NCBI GenBank assembly: GCA_965262115.1
Contig: OZ253496.1
Span: 2,496,001-2,560,000, forward strand
Source of the DNA: Nitrospinales bacterium
GTDB taxonomy: Bacteria; Nitrospinota; Nitrospinia; Nitrospinales; VA-1
Direction of reading: 5' to 3'
DNA length: 64,000 nt
Shown one piece after another: positions 18,490 through 28,626 of the stretch (its first letter is position 1; each line of letters opens with the position of its first letter). The notes under the pieces were generated by a model. That model was not told the origin of the DNA, searched no databases, and worked only from the letters and a program-made list of their open reading frames with translations. Made by a program: the position numbers and the translations under genes.

Positions 18490-19800
18490 GTGCTGATGAG
18501 AAAAGGAGATCAAGAGCAGATGAATAGCCTGATTAAAGAAAGGCTGGACGAGGATGTGTTCCAGTTGCTTGAACGTATTGCCCAGATAGGAGATCGCCTG
18601 GGAGTATCTGTTTATGCAGTTGGGGGATTCGTCAGGGACCTGCTTTTGAATATTCCAAATCAGGATATCGATATCGTCATTGAAGGGGATGGAATCCCTT
18701 TTGCGGTCTGCCTGGTAGAAGAATATGGCGGTAGTGTTAAATCGCATGAGAAATTTGGGACATCTGTTGTTATTTTTCCCGATGACAATCGCATAGATGT
18801 AGCCACCGCACGTAAAGAATATTACGAATATCCTGGTGCCTTGCCCACGGTGAAAAAAAGTTCGGTTAAGTCAGATCTTTTCCGGCGTGACTTCACTATA
18901 AACAGTATGGCAGTTAAACTGACTGATCCTGATTCGTTTTGTCTGATCGATTTTTTTAATGGCAAAAATGATTTAAGAAGCAGGGAAATCCATGTTCTAC
19001 ATAGTTTGAGTTTTATCGATGATCCCTGCAGGTTGTTCAGGGCCATACGGTTTGAACAGAGATTTGATTTTAAAATAGGCAAGCAGGATGAGGTTTTGAT
19101 CCAAAACGCCATTGAACAGCGCTCGATTGATTCTTTAAGCGGAACACGCTTGTTTAACGAGATTAAGCTATTGCTCAGTGAGCAAAGCCCAATGGATTGC
19201 ATACTCAGGATGCGGGAGTTCGACCTGTTTCAGTTTGTTTCCCCGGAAATGTTGAAAGCCCCCAAAGACCTTGAGGTCCTTGAAAGGCTGGAGCCGGTAT
19301 TCCCTTGGGCGGATAGGGTCATTGTTCCCGGAAAACCGGAAATCTGGTACGTCTATTTTCTGGGACTGTTTTATTCCCTGAAGGAAGAAGCGTTTTTAAA
19401 AGCGGCAGACCGTCTACATCTGCCAACGCGCCTGAAAAACTCCCTGCAAGAGGATAGAACTCGTTGTCGAGAAAGTTTGGATCGGCTGGTGTCCCAAAAG
19501 GAGTGGGGTCCGAAGGAGATTTACCATACCTTTGCTAACCTTTCTGTTGAAGCGGTTATATTTTTTATTGCATTGTCTTCCACGGATCGGCTCAATCAGT
19601 ATGCGAACATTTATTTTACCCAGTACCAGGGCAAGGCGGAGCCAGCATTGACGGGGGACGATCTGGTGAAAATGGGACTAAAACCCGGTCCGGTTTTCCA
19701 GTCTGTGCTCAATGCGCTTCGAGAAGCTCGGGTGATGGGCAGGGTGAACTCCAGAGAAGAAGAAGTTGCTCTGGTGGAGGAGCAATTTCTGAATTCCTGA
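18490..19800 (+). CDS. CCA tRNA nucleotidyltransferase / poly(A) polymerase family
   Basis: VGGFVRD, DIDIV, DLFRRDFTIN, DDPxRxFRAIRF motifs. Confidence 0.92.
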   Translation: MLMRKGDQEQMNSLIKERLDEDVFQLLERIAQIGDRLGVSVYAVGGFVRDLLLNIPNQDIDIVIEGDGIPFAVCLVEEYGGSVKSHEKFGTSVVIFPDDNRIDVATARKEYYEYPGALPTVKKSSVKSDLFRRDFTINSMAVKLTDPDSFCLIDFFNGKNDLRSREIHVLHSLSFIDDPCRLFRAIRFEQRFDFKIGKQDEVLIQNAIEQRSIDSLSGTRLFNEIKLLLSEQSPMDCILRMREFDLFQFVSPEMLKAPKDLEVLERLEPVFPWADRVIVPGKPEIWYVYFLGLFYSLKEEAFLKAADRLHLPTRLKNSLQEDRTRCRESLDRLVSQKEWGPKEIYHTFANLSVEAVIFFIALSSTDRLNQYANIYFTQYQGKAEPALTGDDLVKMGLKPGPVFQSVLNALREARVMGRVNSREEEVALVEEQFLNS

Positions 19801-19915
19801 AATCCTGAGCGCTGTCCTGTTCCGATATGTCATGCTCGCCGGTTAAAGCCGGATAGGGATGTGCTATAATGACGATCTAAATTTTCCCTTTAAACATGTG
19901 AAGAGGTGGTGGCTC

Positions 19916-20500
19916 GTGGCAAGTGTTGAATACCTTATTAAGCAGTTTTTAACTTCAGATAAAAAATCTCTCGATTTGAGCAACCAGAATATCGGGGATA
20001 AAGGGGCCATCGCGTTGTCCACATCCAAGAATCTTCGCCGACTGAAAAAATTGATTCTACCTAACAATAATATCAGCGACGAAGGAGTTACAGCGATTGC
20101 CAACTCGGAAAACTTCAAGCACCTGACGGATTTGGATATTTATGGCAATGTTATCAGTGATGATGGGGTCAAGGCGATAGCCGAATCTCCCCATATGAGC
20201 AACCTGAAAAAACTCAGCCTTTATGGCAATTTGGTTGAAGATGAAGGGGCCATTGCAATTGCTGAATCCCAGACGCTTTCAAAACTAAAACACTTGTTTA
20301 TCACCTCAAACCGAATTCGGCGTGAAGGAATTGAATCGCTGCAAAAAGCAAAATGCCGCACCCGACTTTGCATTCTTCATGTGGATGACCTGAAGGACTT
20401 TTATTACGAAGAGGTTACGGATGAGGATGACGAAGACTTGATCAATAGCTGGGAAGAACTCAAGGCCCGGGCTGCCAAGGACGGGGATTCAGAGGATTAA
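19916..20500 (+). CDS. Leucine-rich repeat protein (RI-like) with acidic tail
   Basis: 28-aa LRR units; GTG start after GAGGTGG; extended -10 TGCTATAAT at 19862. Confidence 0.85.
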   Translation: MASVEYLIKQFLTSDKKSLDLSNQNIGDKGAIALSTSKNLRRLKKLILPNNNISDEGVTAIANSENFKHLTDLDIYGNVISDDGVKAIAESPHMSNLKKLSLYGNLVEDEGAIAIAESQTLSKLKHLFITSNRIRREGIESLQKAKCRTRLCILHVDDLKDFYYEEVTDEDDEDLINSWEELKARAAKDGDSED

Positions 20501-20508
20501 TCTTTCCA

Positions 20509-21069
20509 ATGCCAAAGCGAAAGTTTATTTTTCTGTTTGTGTTCTTTCTCCTGCCAGTAAATTTTGGTGAAGCTCAAATCGATTTGTCCTGGCCGGTGGA
20601 TTATGAGAAACTCTTTGCTGAAAACCTGTCGAGGGGAGGCAAGGTTTTAAACCTCTCAAGGAAAAACATAGGAGATGACGGCCTGAAAATTCTCCTCCAA
20701 CAGGAATTCATAAAAAAACTTGAAAAGCTCGACCTAAGATACAACGACATCAGTCCCAAGGGAGCCAAGATTCTGGCTCAGGCCCCACTGTTACCAAAAC
20801 TCAAAACATTGATTTTGAGACATAATTTTTTTTCAGATGAAGGCACATTGGCTTTCGCCAATTCTTCCAGCTTTCCTAATCTGGAGGCGTTGCAGTTGGG
20901 CTGGAATGAAGTCCGGGATGTGGGCGCTTTGGCCTTGGCGAATACGAAAAACTTTCCCAAACTAAAAAAACTCGATTTAAGGGGAAACTTCCTGGCTGGA
21001 AAAACAAAAGAAACCCTCAGGGCCTCCCTGGCTCACCTGAAATCCCTACGCATATTCCAATCCGAATAA
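20509..21069 (+). CDS. Secreted leucine-rich repeat protein (RI-like)
   Basis: Signal peptide plus LRR units. Confidence 0.85.
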   Translation: MPKRKFIFLFVFFLLPVNFGEAQIDLSWPVDYEKLFAENLSRGGKVLNLSRKNIGDDGLKILLQQEFIKKLEKLDLRYNDISPKGAKILAQAPLLPKLKTLILRHNFFSDEGTLAFANSSSFPNLEALQLGWNEVRDVGALALANTKNFPKLKKLDLRGNFLAGKTKETLRASLAHLKSLRIFQSE

Positions 21070-21167
21070 CCGGCGAGCCGCCGGTGACCGTGATATTCTT
21101 CCTTAACCTTCGTGAGCCTGTGATATCCCCTTCGCTAAATTCATGCCCGGAACGGGTAGAACGGGTA
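21069..21167 (+). repeat. ACCGGCGAGCCGCCGGT palindrome followed by a nested pair of GTGAT..GGGTA mini-elements (outer 21089-21118+21159-21167, inner 21119-21158)
   Basis: Direct reading; removing the inner copy restores a 39-bp copy. Confidence 0.85.
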
Positions 21168-21609
21168 AACTGCAATAGCTCACTTCTGCAAGCAAAATTT
21201 ATCTCGGCTTAAAAAGATTTAACCCGGTTCTCTCCTCCCTTCATATGGAGGAGTTGGAGGCGCGTTGCCTTGTCATTCCTCTCTGAAGCCCTCGAAGGAT
21301 TAACCACCGATGCACACAGGGGCTGGGGTGTGATTTATGTCCTGCCAAGCAAGCCCTCGTAAGGTTCATCTGCACGTTTGCCCCGCTATTCCGAAAGCGT
21401 GATAAGATTAAAGTAGTAAACATATCTATGAGAGGCTTATAATTACCAACTTGTAGTCAAGTAGCGACTTGACCCCCTTTATTAAATTTATAGGGAGAAT
21501 GTCATTCGCTACGGTCAAAGCTTTAAAAAGAGTAGAAGGGGAAAAATAGCAAAAAAATAGCTCCAGTTTTTCTATCTTTAATAGACCAGTAAAACTTTGT
21601 GAGGAGCTT

Positions 21610-22074
21610 ATGGTCGATGATGTTGTAATTTGTTCGCATTGTGGAAAGAAGAATCGGATTCCTGAGGAAAGGGATAATATTGGCGCAAAATGTGGTCATT
21701 GCAATTCCTTACTCGATGAAAATTTTTCTGAGATTGAAACTCAGAGATATTCTAGTAAAGCTGTGAGTATTGAGGGAATAATCTCTCTTTTAGCTACCCA
21801 AACAAAAGAAGTCCTTTCCTTGGAGAAGGTAGGGTATAGACTAATTAAAGATCCATATTCCCTTGGTTATATTAAAGCCTTTGCTAACCTCCTCGTTTCT
21901 AAAATTGAAAAAGATGCGTTAAAGCGTCATGAAATCTATGTGCTGGTTCTTAATGAAATCTTTAAAAATCAATCAGAAGATATACGGGAAAGGGCTCATC
22001 TATTAGATAGCTCCAACTTAGATTTTCTGCATGGAAGAACCTTGGGTTGGGAAGAAGCCGCATTACACGTTTGA
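21610..22074 (+). CDS. Hypothetical protein with N-terminal zinc ribbon (TrxC-like CxxC..CxxC), AT-rich
   Basis: CSHCGKKNR...KCGHC; RBS GAGGAG. Confidence 0.65.
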   Translation: MVDDVVICSHCGKKNRIPEERDNIGAKCGHCNSLLDENFSEIETQRYSSKAVSIEGIISLLATQTKEVLSLEKVGYRLIKDPYSLGYIKAFANLLVSKIEKDALKRHEIYVLVLNEIFKNQSEDIRERAHLLDSSNLDFLHGRTLGWEEAALHV

Positions 22075-22395
22075 CTTGAACTACTCTCAAGCTTTAGTGG
22101 AGATTTCTAATTTCTAACGAGAAAACTGTCTACACTTTGTCTACAAGAATTCCACAATAAAGCGGCCATCCAAGTAGGACTAACCGCTTAAAAATTTATA
22201 ATATAGCCAGTTGTGGAAACCTTACCGTAGCAAGATTATTGGGTTTCACGGCCTCGTTATATTCTTCCCAAACTCTCGGGCCCCGAAGCAACTGTGTTAA
22301 ATGTCAAGTGCTGGCAATGAGATTTTCATTCCAGAGTGTTTTTGTTTTGATCATGGTATTGATGATCGTTAATAACTTTCTCATGCATGCGGTAA

Positions 22396-23301
22396 TGAAC
22401 TTCCCCTGTTTTAGTGGACAGTTAGTTAAGAGGCATAGGCCTGTTTCTCGAATTCGGCAGGGCTGAGATAGCCGAGATATTAGTGACGGCGTTGCCGATT
22501 ATAAAACACTTCGATATATTCAAAAATATCCTTCTTTGCTTGCTGACGGGTTTTGTAGTTCCGGTTATGAATGAGTTCCACTTTGAGAGTATGGAAAAAA
22601 CTCTCCGCCACGGCGTTATCCCAGCAATCGCCCTTCCGGCTCATACTGCACTCTATCCCATGAACATTGAGCAAGGCTTGAAAATCGTTGCAGGCATATT
22701 GAACCCCCCGGTCAGAATGGTGAATCAATCCCGGTTTCATGCCGCCGTTCTTCATTGCCATATTTAAAGCTCTCATTACCAACCAACGGGTTATCCAACG
22801 ATCCATGGCCCAACCAATAACTTTACGGTGGAATAAATCCAGCGTCACCGCAAGGTATAACCAGCCCTCTTGAGTCGGGATATAGGTGATATCCGAAACC
22901 CAGCATTGACCGGGCTCAGCAACATTAAACCGCCGTTGCAGTTTGTTTTTTGCCACCGGGTGATTATGTTTGGAATCGGTTGTCACCCTAAACTTTCTTT
23001 TGTGCTTGGCAACGATTCCATGCTCGCGCATAAGACGGGCAATACGATGCCTGCCAATGGCATATCCCTTGTCTTTCAAGTCCTCATGAATTCTGGGACT
23101 GCCATAAGTCTGGCGACTCTTCTTATAAACGGTTTTGATCTCATCAACCCATCGCTGCTTCTCACGGCTCCTCAGGCTCTCGGGGCGGCTCAGCCAGGCA
23201 TAGAACCCACTTCGTCCCACTTCCAGAACCCGGCACATCGGGCTTACCGGAAATGCTTCTCGATGATCCCGTATAAACCGATATCTCATTGGGAACCCTT
23301 C
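22396..23301 (-). mobile_element. Truncated IS3-family element: right IR plus orfB; orfA and left end missing
   Basis: IR TGAACTTCCCCTGTTTTAGTGGACA at 22396; orfB motifs [25 protein letters not shown]. Confidence 0.92.
22426..23289 (-). pseudogene. IS3 OrfB transposase with premature stop
   Basis: TAA at 22480 replaces Ser in RRH*YLGYLSPAEFE; natural stop at 22426. Confidence 0.85.
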
Positions 23302-23446
23302 GAGTACCCCTTGTATGTTGTTCATAAGGGGAATTTGTAGTAGTTGTACCTGTGAGCCCTGTGGGAAGCCGGTTTTGTGTTTTCCACAAGGCTCACAGGT
23401 ACAACTACTACAAATTCCCCTTATGAACAACATACAAGGGGTACTC
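23302..23446. repeat. Long inverted repeat with 57-bp perfect arms
   Basis: 23302-23358 is the exact reverse complement of 23390-23446; imperfect inner stem. Confidence 0.95.
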
Positions 23447-23595
23447 ATGCCGGAAACCGCACCTTGTGGGACGGGAGGCAAGCCTACTCTTGACTGCAAA
23501 TTAGCGGTGATCCAGATCGGTTTGGTTTTTGGAGTCGAAAAAAAATCCAACCCTCCCCAACCCCCTCCCTATGAAGGGAGGGGATATAAAAGTAT

Positions 23596-23633
23596 TACCC
23601 CTGTGGGGCCGAGGGATTGGGAAGAATATCACG
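23596..23633 (-). repeat. GTGAT..GGGTA mini-element (38 bp)
   Basis: TACCCCTGTGGGGCCGAGGGATTGGGAAGAATATCACG. Confidence 0.75.
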
Positions 23634-23692
23634 TGTGCTTGATGGCGTTGTTTGCTTCACGGGCAATGCAATACCGGCCCCACGCCTAGTGG

Positions 23693-23935
23693 TTAGACTT
23701 TGATGATGCCGCTGTCTTCATCATAAAAGAAGGTGTCACCGTCTGGTCCGCGGTAGTTAATTTCCTTAACTTCCCAGATTTGTTTCATTTTGACATCTGC
23801 TTCCGCGGCGTGAAATCGCCCTTTATCTTCCCGCTGCAAAAGGAGAAATTTGTTGTTGTTATTCGAAATAATTTCCCAATAGAAAAAATCACTTTGAACG
23901 GTTCCTTTTTCGTAGTCGATATTGATGATGTTCAT
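23693..23935 (-). CDS. Hypothetical protein (80 aa)
   Basis: ORF directly after ctpA, RBS AAAGG. Confidence 0.6.
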   Translation of the reverse strand: MNIINIDYEKGTVQSDFFYWEIISNNNNKFLLLQREDKGRFHAAEADVKMKQIWEVKEINYRGPDGDTFFYDEDSGIIKV

Positions 23936-23965
23936 TTCTGCAACCTTTTAAATCTTAATGTTTGA

Positions 23966-25522
23966 CTAATAGTTAATATTGGCGGCAATTTCACGGGCTT
24001 TTTCCATAGACCGCTTTTTGCTGGCAACGGTAGTATTTTTCAAAATACGAAGAGCCAGTTCCACGGTTGAATCGTGTTCCGCGCTCAAAGCAATGTCCTG
24101 ATTTTCAAAAAACTTATTGAGACTGGATACTTTTAAGGTCAGCGAAGATTGTATAGGGCTGGCCTTGTCCGGTTTCTGATCCTCTTCCCCCGCGACATCA
24201 TTGACGATATGAATTTCCGGAATAATACCATGTTTGGTGATGTCGATTCCAGAAGGTGTGTAATATTTTGAAGTGGTGAGGCGTAGCCCCGAACCATCGC
24301 TTAATCTGAAGATGGTTTGCACCGAACCTTTGCCGTAGGAATTTTCACCAATGATCAGGGCCTTTCCTGAATCCCGCAATGCGCCGGCGGCAATTTCTGA
24401 TGCGCTGGCGCTGTACTGATTAATTAGAATCGCAACCGGGACTTGATGCAGACTGTCTTTATATAAGCTGCGGTACTCATGGTAATTGTCTCCCCCTCGG
24501 CCTTGGGTATAAACAACCATTCGTCCCTTGAAAAGGAAATGACTGGCCACTTTTACCGATTGGGTGAGCAGTCCGCCTGGATTTTCACGCAAGTCCAGAA
24601 TGAATCCTTTCACGCTATTTTTTTCAGCTTGTTTCAAACCTGTTTTCAATTGTTTCTCGGTTTGCTTGGAAAAACTACTGATCTTTAAATAACCGATCTG
24701 GTTATCGAGCGTTTTATATTCAACGGTGTTGAGTAAAATGATTTTCCGAGTGAGGGTATAGGTTCGGTTTCTTTTTTCGCTTGGCCGCAAAAGGGTGAGG
24801 GTGACATTGGTTTCAGGGTATCCTCGAAGCAGGTTGGCGAGTTCCTCAATATGTATCCCGGCGATTTCCTTACCGTTCACACTCATGAATAAATCATTGG
24901 CAAGAATTCCAACTCTTTCAGCCGGTGAGTTTGCCATGGTTTTGACCACAAACAGCTTGTTATCTTTCATGGTGATCACCATTCCCAAACCGCCATACTT
25001 TCCTTCTGTTTCGCGCATGGACTTTTTAAAGGAGTCCTTGTTCATAAATTGGGAATAGGTGTCAAGCGAACTCATAATCCCTTCAATCGCTGAGTTTTCC
25101 AGATTTCTCTTGGTAATGGCTTTATTAGACTGGTCGTGGAGAAAATAATAAACTTTCTGGAGTTCGTCCCAATCGTGGCTTTTGTCATAAGTCAGTTTAT
25201 ATTGGATGCCTCGACTCTTATACCTTACGGTATTGATGCCGGGGTTTTTGCTGAGTGTCACCAACTCGGAGTCCGCATTTTTTATCATTCCTTCAATCGC
25301 GGCGGAAAATAGTTTTTTATGGTCAGGAGGGTAGACATATTTTTCTGAAACCAAATCCATGATCTCTTCAAATATTTCCAGATCGCTGTTGAAAAAGCCG
25401 GCATCAGCCGTTCCCTTAAAGCCAGCGGGGCCCAGAATATTGACATGGGGCAAACATAGAAGGGCAAAAACCCCTGCCACCAGGCCCAATGAATATTTTC
25501 TCAAGTTTTTATTCGGGTTCAT
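23966..25522 (-). CDS. ctpA: S41-family carboxyl-terminal processing protease
   Basis: PDZ (GGLG), LDLRENPGGLL, SASASEI, GKGSVQ motifs. Confidence 0.92.
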   Translation of the reverse strand: MNPNKNLRKYSLGLVAGVFALLCLPHVNILGPAGFKGTADAGFFNSDLEIFEEIMDLVSEKYVYPPDHKKLFSAAIEGMIKNADSELVTLSKNPGINTVRYKSRGIQYKLTYDKSHDWDELQKVYYFLHDQSNKAITKRNLENSAIEGIMSSLDTYSQFMNKDSFKKSMRETEGKYGGLGMVITMKDNKLFVVKTMANSPAERVGILANDLFMSVNGKEIAGIHIEELANLLRGYPETNVTLTLLRPSEKRNRTYTLTRKIILLNTVEYKTLDNQIGYLKISSFSKQTEKQLKTGLKQAEKNSVKGFILDLRENPGGLLTQSVKVASHFLFKGRMVVYTQGRGGDNYHEYRSLYKDSLHQVPVAILINQYSASASEIAAGALRDSGKALIIGENSYGKGSVQTIFRLSDGSGLRLTTSKYYTPSGIDITKHGIIPEIHIVNDVAGEEDQKPDKASPIQSSLTLKVSSLNKFFENQDIALSAEHDSTVELALRILKNTTVASKKRSMEKAREIAANINY

Positions 25523-25573
25523 TTTTAGATTTTTAGAGCAGGGGTAAAATTGTGCGCGTAGATGGCCTGAAAA

Positions 25574-26200
25574 TTAGCCATTGTTTTTCAAAATGTCTGC
25601 GAAAATTATTTCCAGATTGTCGGTCATCTCATCGGTGCTTCCATTGGTCATGCTGGGCGCCACTTTCAGGACATTGTTAATGATAACTGTTGGCGTTTCA
25701 TTGGCCTTGACCTGCTTGGCCAGTTCCAGCGAACGATCTGTTTTAGCCTTGATAGAAGCTGACTGCATGCCTTCGGCCATCTCTTTACCTATCTTAAAAT
25801 CACGGGCCAGAAACCTGATAACTTTAGGTTGGAAAATATCAATACCCAATTTAAAACTGGTGTCAAATAATTCCTGAGTGAATTCTTCTTCGAGCCCCAG
25901 TTCGTCGGCAATATAAAATGCCATGGCTGGGTAAGCCGTTTGGTCGCCCCAGTAAATGGGAAACTTTTTATGATGAAGCTTGTCCTTGAACTTGGAGCGC
26001 AGGCGTTTGGAGGTTTCCAGGAACCGGTAGCAATGTCCGCAAGAATAATTGAAGAATTCAGCCATCTCGATCATTTTAACATTTTTGAGCTTGCTGATGT
26101 CACCGATCACTTCATACTTGCCGTGAATTTTTTCATCAGCCTGAGCCCATCCGGGTAAAAAGAAAAAAATGGCCAGTAAAATGGCGGAAACCTTTTTCAT
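25574..26200 (-). CDS. DsbA-like thiol:disulfide oxidoreductase
   Basis: EFFNYSCGHC, TP motif, signal peptide. Confidence 0.85.
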   Translation of the reverse strand: MKKVSAILLAIFFFLPGWAQADEKIHGKYEVIGDISKLKNVKMIEMAEFFNYSCGHCYRFLETSKRLRSKFKDKLHHKKFPIYWGDQTAYPAMAFYIADELGLEEEFTQELFDTSFKLGIDIFQPKVIRFLARDFKIGKEMAEGMQSASIKAKTDRSLELAKQVKANETPTVIINNVLKVAPSMTNGSTDEMTDNLEIIFADILKNNG

Positions 26201-26235
26201 GAACGACTCCTTATATTTTTTAAACGGGTACTCAA

Positions 26236-27552
26236 TTAATGTTTGATTTTTGGCCAATATTTCGCGTAATTAAAACGCGGGCTGTGATTTTTTACGTGGC
26301 ATTGCCTGCACGCTTCTGTGGCCTGGCTCCCAAAGCCCGACTGCGGGGCCGATGCGTGGCCCCGTCCGGGACCGTGGCACACCTCGCATTGGACGTTTTT
26401 CAGGCCAGGTGTATACAGTTCGCTGATAAAGCCTCCTGGAAGGTTGAAGCCGACCACGTGGCAAACCAGGCATTCAGGATCAAACGCCTTGTTGATTTTC
26501 CTTAAAGTGTTATAAGCCCGACCATGATGCGAATCTGACCACACCTTATGTTCTGCAGGATGGCAGGTTTTGCACAAGGTGTCGCCAGCGTAAACGGATT
26601 TATTTCTCTTGTTCCGCTTGCCAGCCAGAGTCTCGAAGAACATGGCTTCGACTTTTTCATTATACTGTTCATATAACTTTACCATTTCGGCATCAAATTT
26701 TACACTTGAATCCAGTTTTACCAGGTTATGACTCAAAGATTTATGGCCTTCAGGATCAATCTGTACCCTCAATTCCCCCATTTTTTGTCCCCGGGACGAG
26801 GACTGAACGAAAAGTTTGCCGTTTTTTCTCACTGGTTTCATATCAATGACATCTGATTCGGTGGCAATATGTCCATTGATCACAATATCGACCCCATCAA
26901 GATCCAGGTAATCCAGCGCGGCCTGCCGTTCGGCATGAGTGAGAAGAACAATGAGATCGGGGTTTTCTATCTCACGCATACGGGTGATCAGATTTAAAGC
27001 TGTCTGCTTTGGGTCTTCAATGTTCAGGCCGACATGACCATAAAACAAGCCGGGATCGGCCACCGCCAGGATGCCCACTCTCAATCCGTTTGGCAGCGAT
27101 TTCACCTTTGACCGGGCGGGCTCAAATTGATCGATCATCAGGTTTCCCGCTATCCAGGGGATGTGCGCTCGATCCTTTAAGAATTTGGAACCGTAAACCA
27201 AGTCCCGATCCCCCAGTGCGACTGCATCGTATTGCATTTTTTCCGTTGCGATGAGAAGCGTTTCGGCTTTCAGTTTTCCCTGGCGTGTGGGTTCTTTAAA
27301 ATGGTCGCCGGTATCGACAAGTAAAAGGTTAGGGTGTCGACTCCGCGTATCTTTGAGGTATTGCATTCGCCGCTCGATGCCGCCCTGGTCTTCCTCCTTG
27401 GCACATCCGCAGGGTTTCAGCTCCGCCAGCAGGTTGCCGGTAAAGATAATTAAAACCTCCCTGGGGTGTGCCGTTGAGGTTGTGCTCTGACTTACTGAAA
27501 GACACCCAACTGCAAATATCAGAATAATCAATATCGTTTGTTTCATGATCAT
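26236..27552 (-). CDS. UshA/metallophosphoesterase-like domain fused to a tetrahaem c554-like cytochrome
   Basis: PCGC, GG..RR, DTGD, GH motifs; four CxxCH (CKTCH, CLVCH, CEVCH, CRQCH). Confidence 0.82.
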   Translation of the reverse strand: MIMKQTILIILIFAVGCLSVSQSTTSTAHPREVLIIFTGNLLAELKPCGCAKEEDQGGIERRMQYLKDTRSRHPNLLLVDTGDHFKEPTRQGKLKAETLLIATEKMQYDAVALGDRDLVYGSKFLKDRAHIPWIAGNLMIDQFEPARSKVKSLPNGLRVGILAVADPGLFYGHVGLNIEDPKQTALNLITRMREIENPDLIVLLTHAERQAALDYLDLDGVDIVINGHIATESDVIDMKPVRKNGKLFVQSSSRGQKMGELRVQIDPEGHKSLSHNLVKLDSSVKFDAEMVKLYEQYNEKVEAMFFETLAGKRNKRNKSVYAGDTLCKTCHPAEHKVWSDSHHGRAYNTLRKINKAFDPECLVCHVVGFNLPGGFISELYTPGLKNVQCEVCHGPGRGHASAPQSGFGSQATEACRQCHVKNHSPRFNYAKYWPKIKH

Positions 27553-27731
27553 TAAGGTATCGGAAATTCCTTTTTAAATCAATCGTGGGAACCAGAACAC
27601 TCGTACTTCACGGGCCAGAAAACCAGTATTTTAGAGGGCAAAAGCGTGTTGGGTTGTCGAGGAAAACTGTATTTAGTTATGAAATCTTCGTAAAACCCGC
27701 TAATATACAAGGAAAACGGGGTGGTTAATCT

Positions 27732-28616
27732 ATGCCAATGCGTAAATCTGAAATTCATATGCACTCCATCTTTTCCGATGGTGAATTTTCGCCTGCAGAT
27801 TTGATTGATATTGCGGAAAAAAATGAGGTGTCCATTCTATCCCTCACCGATCACGATACTTTCGATGGCATTCCTGAATTTCTGCAATCTGCGGGGGAAG
27901 CGGAGATCACTGCTTTTCCCGGCATTGAAATCACAGTCAAGTTTCATGATTTTAATATTCATATGCTGGCTTACTTCAAAGACTATGAATCCATCAAACC
28001 GGAATTCAGGGCTCGTGTGAAAACAATGACCGATACCCGGGAAAAACGTATGCGCCAGTTGATCGAGCGGATCAACGAGGTCATTCCTGAAAGGTTTCAG
28101 GGCGCGATTGAATTTGAGAATGTGAAAAGAGCAGCCGAAGGGGTTCTTGCCCGACCGCATCTCGCACGCGAGATGGTCAGGCTCGGCATTGTGTCGAGTA
28201 CCGGCCAGGCCTTTGAGCGCTATCTGGTGAAGTATAATGTCGAACGGGAAAACCTGGACGCGCCAACCGCCATCAGCATGGTGCGGGAAAGTGGCGGTGT
28301 CCCGGTCCTGGCTCATCCGGGAGAGCGATCCTATTCGCTCATTTGTCCCGAAAAGGGGCGACAACCCGAAAATGCTCCCGTTTTGCTGGAAGAGTTGAAG
28401 CAGATGGGGCTTTTGGGCCTCGAATGCCATTATCCCTATCATGAAAGAATGGGGACAGTGGATTATTTTATCGACATGGCCCATAGTTTCAATTTGATCG
28501 TTACCGGTAGCCGCGACTTTCACGGATTCAACTCACACCAGAAAGTCAATATTTTTGGCACCACCAAAATGGAACCTGTTTTTCTCGAACAGTTCCAGGA
28601 AGTATGGTCCTCCTGA
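27732..28616 (+). CDS. PHP domain-containing protein
   Basis: HMHSIFSDG, TDHD, GIE, AHP, GSRDFHG. Confidence 0.9.
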   Translation: MPMRKSEIHMHSIFSDGEFSPADLIDIAEKNEVSILSLTDHDTFDGIPEFLQSAGEAEITAFPGIEITVKFHDFNIHMLAYFKDYESIKPEFRARVKTMTDTREKRMRQLIERINEVIPERFQGAIEFENVKRAAEGVLARPHLAREMVRLGIVSSTGQAFERYLVKYNVERENLDAPTAISMVRESGGVPVLAHPGERSYSLICPEKGRQPENAPVLLEELKQMGLLGLECHYPYHERMGTVDYFIDMAHSFNLIVTGSRDFHGFNSHQKVNIFGTTKMEPVFLEQFQEVWSS

Positions 28617-28626
28617 AAGTGGGCGA

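Noticed and set aside
21241..21423. tmRNA/6S/SRP-like ncRNA or 60-aa ORF
   Set aside because: No conserved motifs recognisable by eye; would need an Infernal search
22480..23550. 356-aa transposase with a novel N-terminus
   Set aside because: The extension only reads through the palindrome; IS3 orfB begins at 23289
23548..23585. CCCTCCC..GGGAGGG hairpin as a new element
   Set aside because: Single copy here and a common palindrome/terminator type
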